Part shown: one piece after another, positions 61,693 through 64,000 of the stretch | Position numbering within the stretch: position 1 is the stretch's first letter | Layout: the number at the start of each line of letters is the position of its first letter | Origin: Nitrospirota bacterium | GTDB lineage: Bacteria > Nitrospirota > UBA9217 | Assembly (NCBI GenBank): GCA_963790205.1 | Contig: CAWBNQ010000011.1 | Coordinates: 96,001-160,000, forward strand | Length of the DNA: 64,000 nt | Direction: 5' to 3' | Notes under the pieces: generated by a model | Database searches by the model: none | What the model was told of the DNA's origin: nothing | Seen by the model: the letters and a program-made list of their open reading frames with translations, nothing else | Position numbers and translations under genes: made by a program

Positions 61693-62922
61693 ATGATCAA
61701 CATACCTTCCACCATAAAAATATCGTTCCGGGCGCTCTGGGTGAATAAGATGCGTTCCTCCCTCACCATGCTCGGCATCATCATCGGCGTGGGCGCCGTG
61801 ATCGCCATGGTCGCCGTGGGCACCGGCGCTAGCCAGAAGATTGCCGCGCAGATCTCGAGCATGGGGAGTAACCTTCTTATTATTCTGCCCGGATCGACGA
61901 CGTCTGGCGGCGTCAGGATGGGCGCAGGCTCGCAACCCACGCTGTCCCTGTTCGATGCTGAAGCCATTGTCAAGGAATGTCCTTCCGTGGCGGATGACGC
62001 CCCCATGCTGGGCGGCGTGGCGCAGATCGTGGCCGGTCACATGAACTGGTCCACCGGCGTGAACGGCACGACGCCGGGTTATCTGAACGTGAGGGACTGG
62101 GACCTCTCTTCCGGCAGGTCATTCACGCAGCAGGACGTAAAAAGCGCGACCAAGGTGGCCTTGCTCGGCCAGACCGTTGTGGATAATCTTTTCGGGGACC
62201 AGAACCCCGTGGGGCAGACCATCAGGATCAAGAATGTTCCCTTTACCGTGATCGGGGTGCTGGCTCCCAAGGGCCAGTCCGCGCAGGGCACGGACCAGGA
62301 CGATACGGTCCTCATTCCGGTCACAACGTCCCAGAAGAAACTTTTCGGGACCCAGTTCCCCGGCATGGTCCGGATCATTTTGGTCAAGGCAAAAAGCGCC
62401 CAGGATCTTGCTCCTGCCGAGCAGCAGATAGACGAGCTTTTAAGGCAACGGCACCACGTGGGCCAGAAACAGGATAACGACTTTACAGTCAGAAATCTCA
62501 CCCAGATCATGCAGGCCGCGGAACAGTCCTCGAAAGTGATGACCCTGCTCCTGGGGGCCATCGCTTCCGTATCGCTCCTGGTCGGCGGGATCGGGATCAT
62601 GAACATCATGCTGGTGAGTGTAACCGAGCGCACCCGCGAGATAGGCATCCGCATGGCCATTGGCGCAAAAACCTGGGACATCCGGCTCCAGTTCATCATC
62701 GAGGCGCTCACGCTCTCTCTGATCGGCGGGGTCATGGGTATCATCATCGGCGTGTCCACGGCTGTGATCCTCTCGTCCGTCTCGGGCTGGCCCACTGTCG
62801 TATCGATCCTCTCCATTCTATTGGCATTCAGTTTTTCGGGATTCATCGGCATATTCTTCGGATTTTATCCTGCCTACAAGGCCTCGCTTTTGAACCCCAT
62901 CGATGCCCTGCGATACGAATAG
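61693..62922 (+). CDS. MacB-type ABC permease
   Basis: NKMRSSLTMLGIIIG, GGIGIMNIMLVSVTERTREIG, PIDALRYE. Confidence 0.95.
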   Translation: MINIPSTIKISFRALWVNKMRSSLTMLGIIIGVGAVIAMVAVGTGASQKIAAQISSMGSNLLIILPGSTTSGGVRMGAGSQPTLSLFDAEAIVKECPSVADDAPMLGGVAQIVAGHMNWSTGVNGTTPGYLNVRDWDLSSGRSFTQQDVKSATKVALLGQTVVDNLFGDQNPVGQTIRIKNVPFTVIGVLAPKGQSAQGTDQDDTVLIPVTTSQKKLFGTQFPGMVRIILVKAKSAQDLAPAEQQIDELLRQRHHVGQKQDNDFTVRNLTQIMQAAEQSSKVMTLLLGAIASVSLLVGGIGIMNIMLVSVTERTREIGIRMAIGAKTWDIRLQFIIEALTLSLIGGVMGIIIGVSTAVILSSVSGWPTVVSILSILLAFSFSGFIGIFFGFYPAYKASLLNPIDALRYE

Positions 62923-62992
62923 ACCATGCATTAATCGAGAAACGTCATTGTCTCTAAAAACGAATAATATTATCGAAGGAGAAGTACAAGGT

Positions 62993-64000
62993 ATGGAAGC
63001 GCGCAATAGTTCAGAACAGGATTCAAGATTTAACCGTCGCGGTCCGGCTGCAACCTGGGGCATCAGGGCGGTCATTGCCGTCCTGGTCCTCGCGGGTGGC
63101 GTCTATACGGCGCACAAGGTGTCTTATTCGCTGTCTCACGAAAGCACGGACGATGCTTTCGTAGACGGCGTTGTTGTGCCGATCAGCTCCGAGGTCAAGG
63201 GCAGGGTGATGAAGGTCCTGGTGACGGACAACCAGATCGTCAAAGCAGGCGATACGCTTCTCGAGATAGCGCCTGATGATTATACTAATATGGTGCAGGC
63301 GCGTCAAGACGCCACAGCGCGCCTGACCGCGGAACAGCAGGAGACCCATGCTTTGATCAAGGTAAAAACCATGTCTCTTGCCCGCGCCCGCGCCGAGCTC
63401 GAAGCAGCGCAAACGGACGCCGCCCTGGCGGAAAAGGAACTGAAACGGAGCACCGAACTGCGGAACAAGGAGGTCATTTCCCAGAGCCAGTACGACCAGG
63501 CGGAATCCCGGTGCAGGGCCATGGCCGCACGCAGGAACTCGGCGACCGCGTCCGTGGCAGAGATCGAAGCGGCAATCGAGGCGTTGAAGGCCCAGCTCAC
63601 GACCCAGAACTATAGGATCAAGGAGTCGGGGACAGCCCTGGACCTCGCCCGGATCGACCTCAAGCGGACGGTAATCACCGCGCCGGTGGACGGAAGAGTC
63701 GCCAAAAAGAACGTGGAGGAAGGCAAGTACGTTCAGCCGGGCCTCCCGCTCCTTTCGATCGTTGATGACCGCGCCTTGTGGGTCGTGGCAAATTTTAAGG
63801 AAACACAGATCGCCCATATGAGGCCCGGCCAGGACGTTGAAATCACGGTCGACGCCTATCCCGGGGCAACGTTTGCCGGCCACGTGGACAGTTTCCAACC
63901 CGGCACGGGCGCGGTATTCAGCCTCCTGCCGCCCCAGAACGCAACGGGTAATTTCGTAAAAGTTGTTCAGCGCGTTCCTGTCAAGATCCTCATCGACTCG
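62993..64000 (+). CDS. emrA: EmrA/HlyD-family adaptor (runs off the window; absent from ORF track)
   Basis: ESTDDAFVDG, WVVANFKETQ, VDAYPG, FSLLPPQNATGNFVKVVQRVPV. Confidence 0.9.
   Translation, partial: MEARNSSEQDSRFNRRGPAATWGIRAVIAVLVLAGGVYTAHKVSYSLSHESTDDAFVDGVVVPISSEVKGRVMKVLVTDNQIVKAGDTLLEIAPDDYTNMVQARQDATARLTAEQQETHALIKVKTMSLARARAELEAAQTDAALAEKELKRSTELRNKEVISQSQYDQAESRCRAMAARRNSATASVAEIEAAIEALKAQLTTQNYRIKESGTALDLARIDLKRTVITAPVDGRVAKKNVEEGKYVQPGLPLLSIVDDRALWVVANFKETQIAHMRPGQDVEITVDAYPGATFAGHVDSFQPGTGAVFSLLPPQNATGNFVKVVQRVPVKILIDS

Overview
A 64-kb bacterial chromosome segment, mostly GC-rich. Gene content suggests an anaerobe or microaerophile of the Nitrospirota/Desulfobacterota type (inference). 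Housekeeping blocks: cbiQO-fmdE, ribE-ribBA-ribH-nusB, purB-purF, oxidoreductase beta/gamma, four tRNAs (Phe, Pro, Arg, Val), a sigma-70 family factor, thrS-infC-rpmI-rplT, amidase, prfB (+1 programmed frameshift), lnt, queD, pmbA, hflX, heptosyltransferase, livMGF, truA and rpmB. An AT-richer island (~26.4-35.8 kb) holds a signal-peptide RHS/YD protein cleanly split by an IS1182, an IS200 remnant, an intact IS3 and a TPR gene, followed by a duplicated hflX 3' end. The most interesting loci are: (i) a six-gene operon built around an uncharacterised exported beta-propeller with a His/Cys ring and a CxxCH motif, plus NosL, a DUF4418-like protein, a TPR lipoprotein and an ABC exporter, converging on a sigma54-preceded 7-heme cytochrome c/cytochrome b pair; (ii) two adjacent Hfq paralogues, one with tandem Sm domains; (iii) a TetR-led cluster with one TolC plus RND, MacAB and EmrA modules. 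Single-base indels in essential genes (thrS, ribE) indicate consensus errors, so frameshifts need caution. No CRISPR array or rRNA was seen. All calls come from reading motifs; no database search was run.
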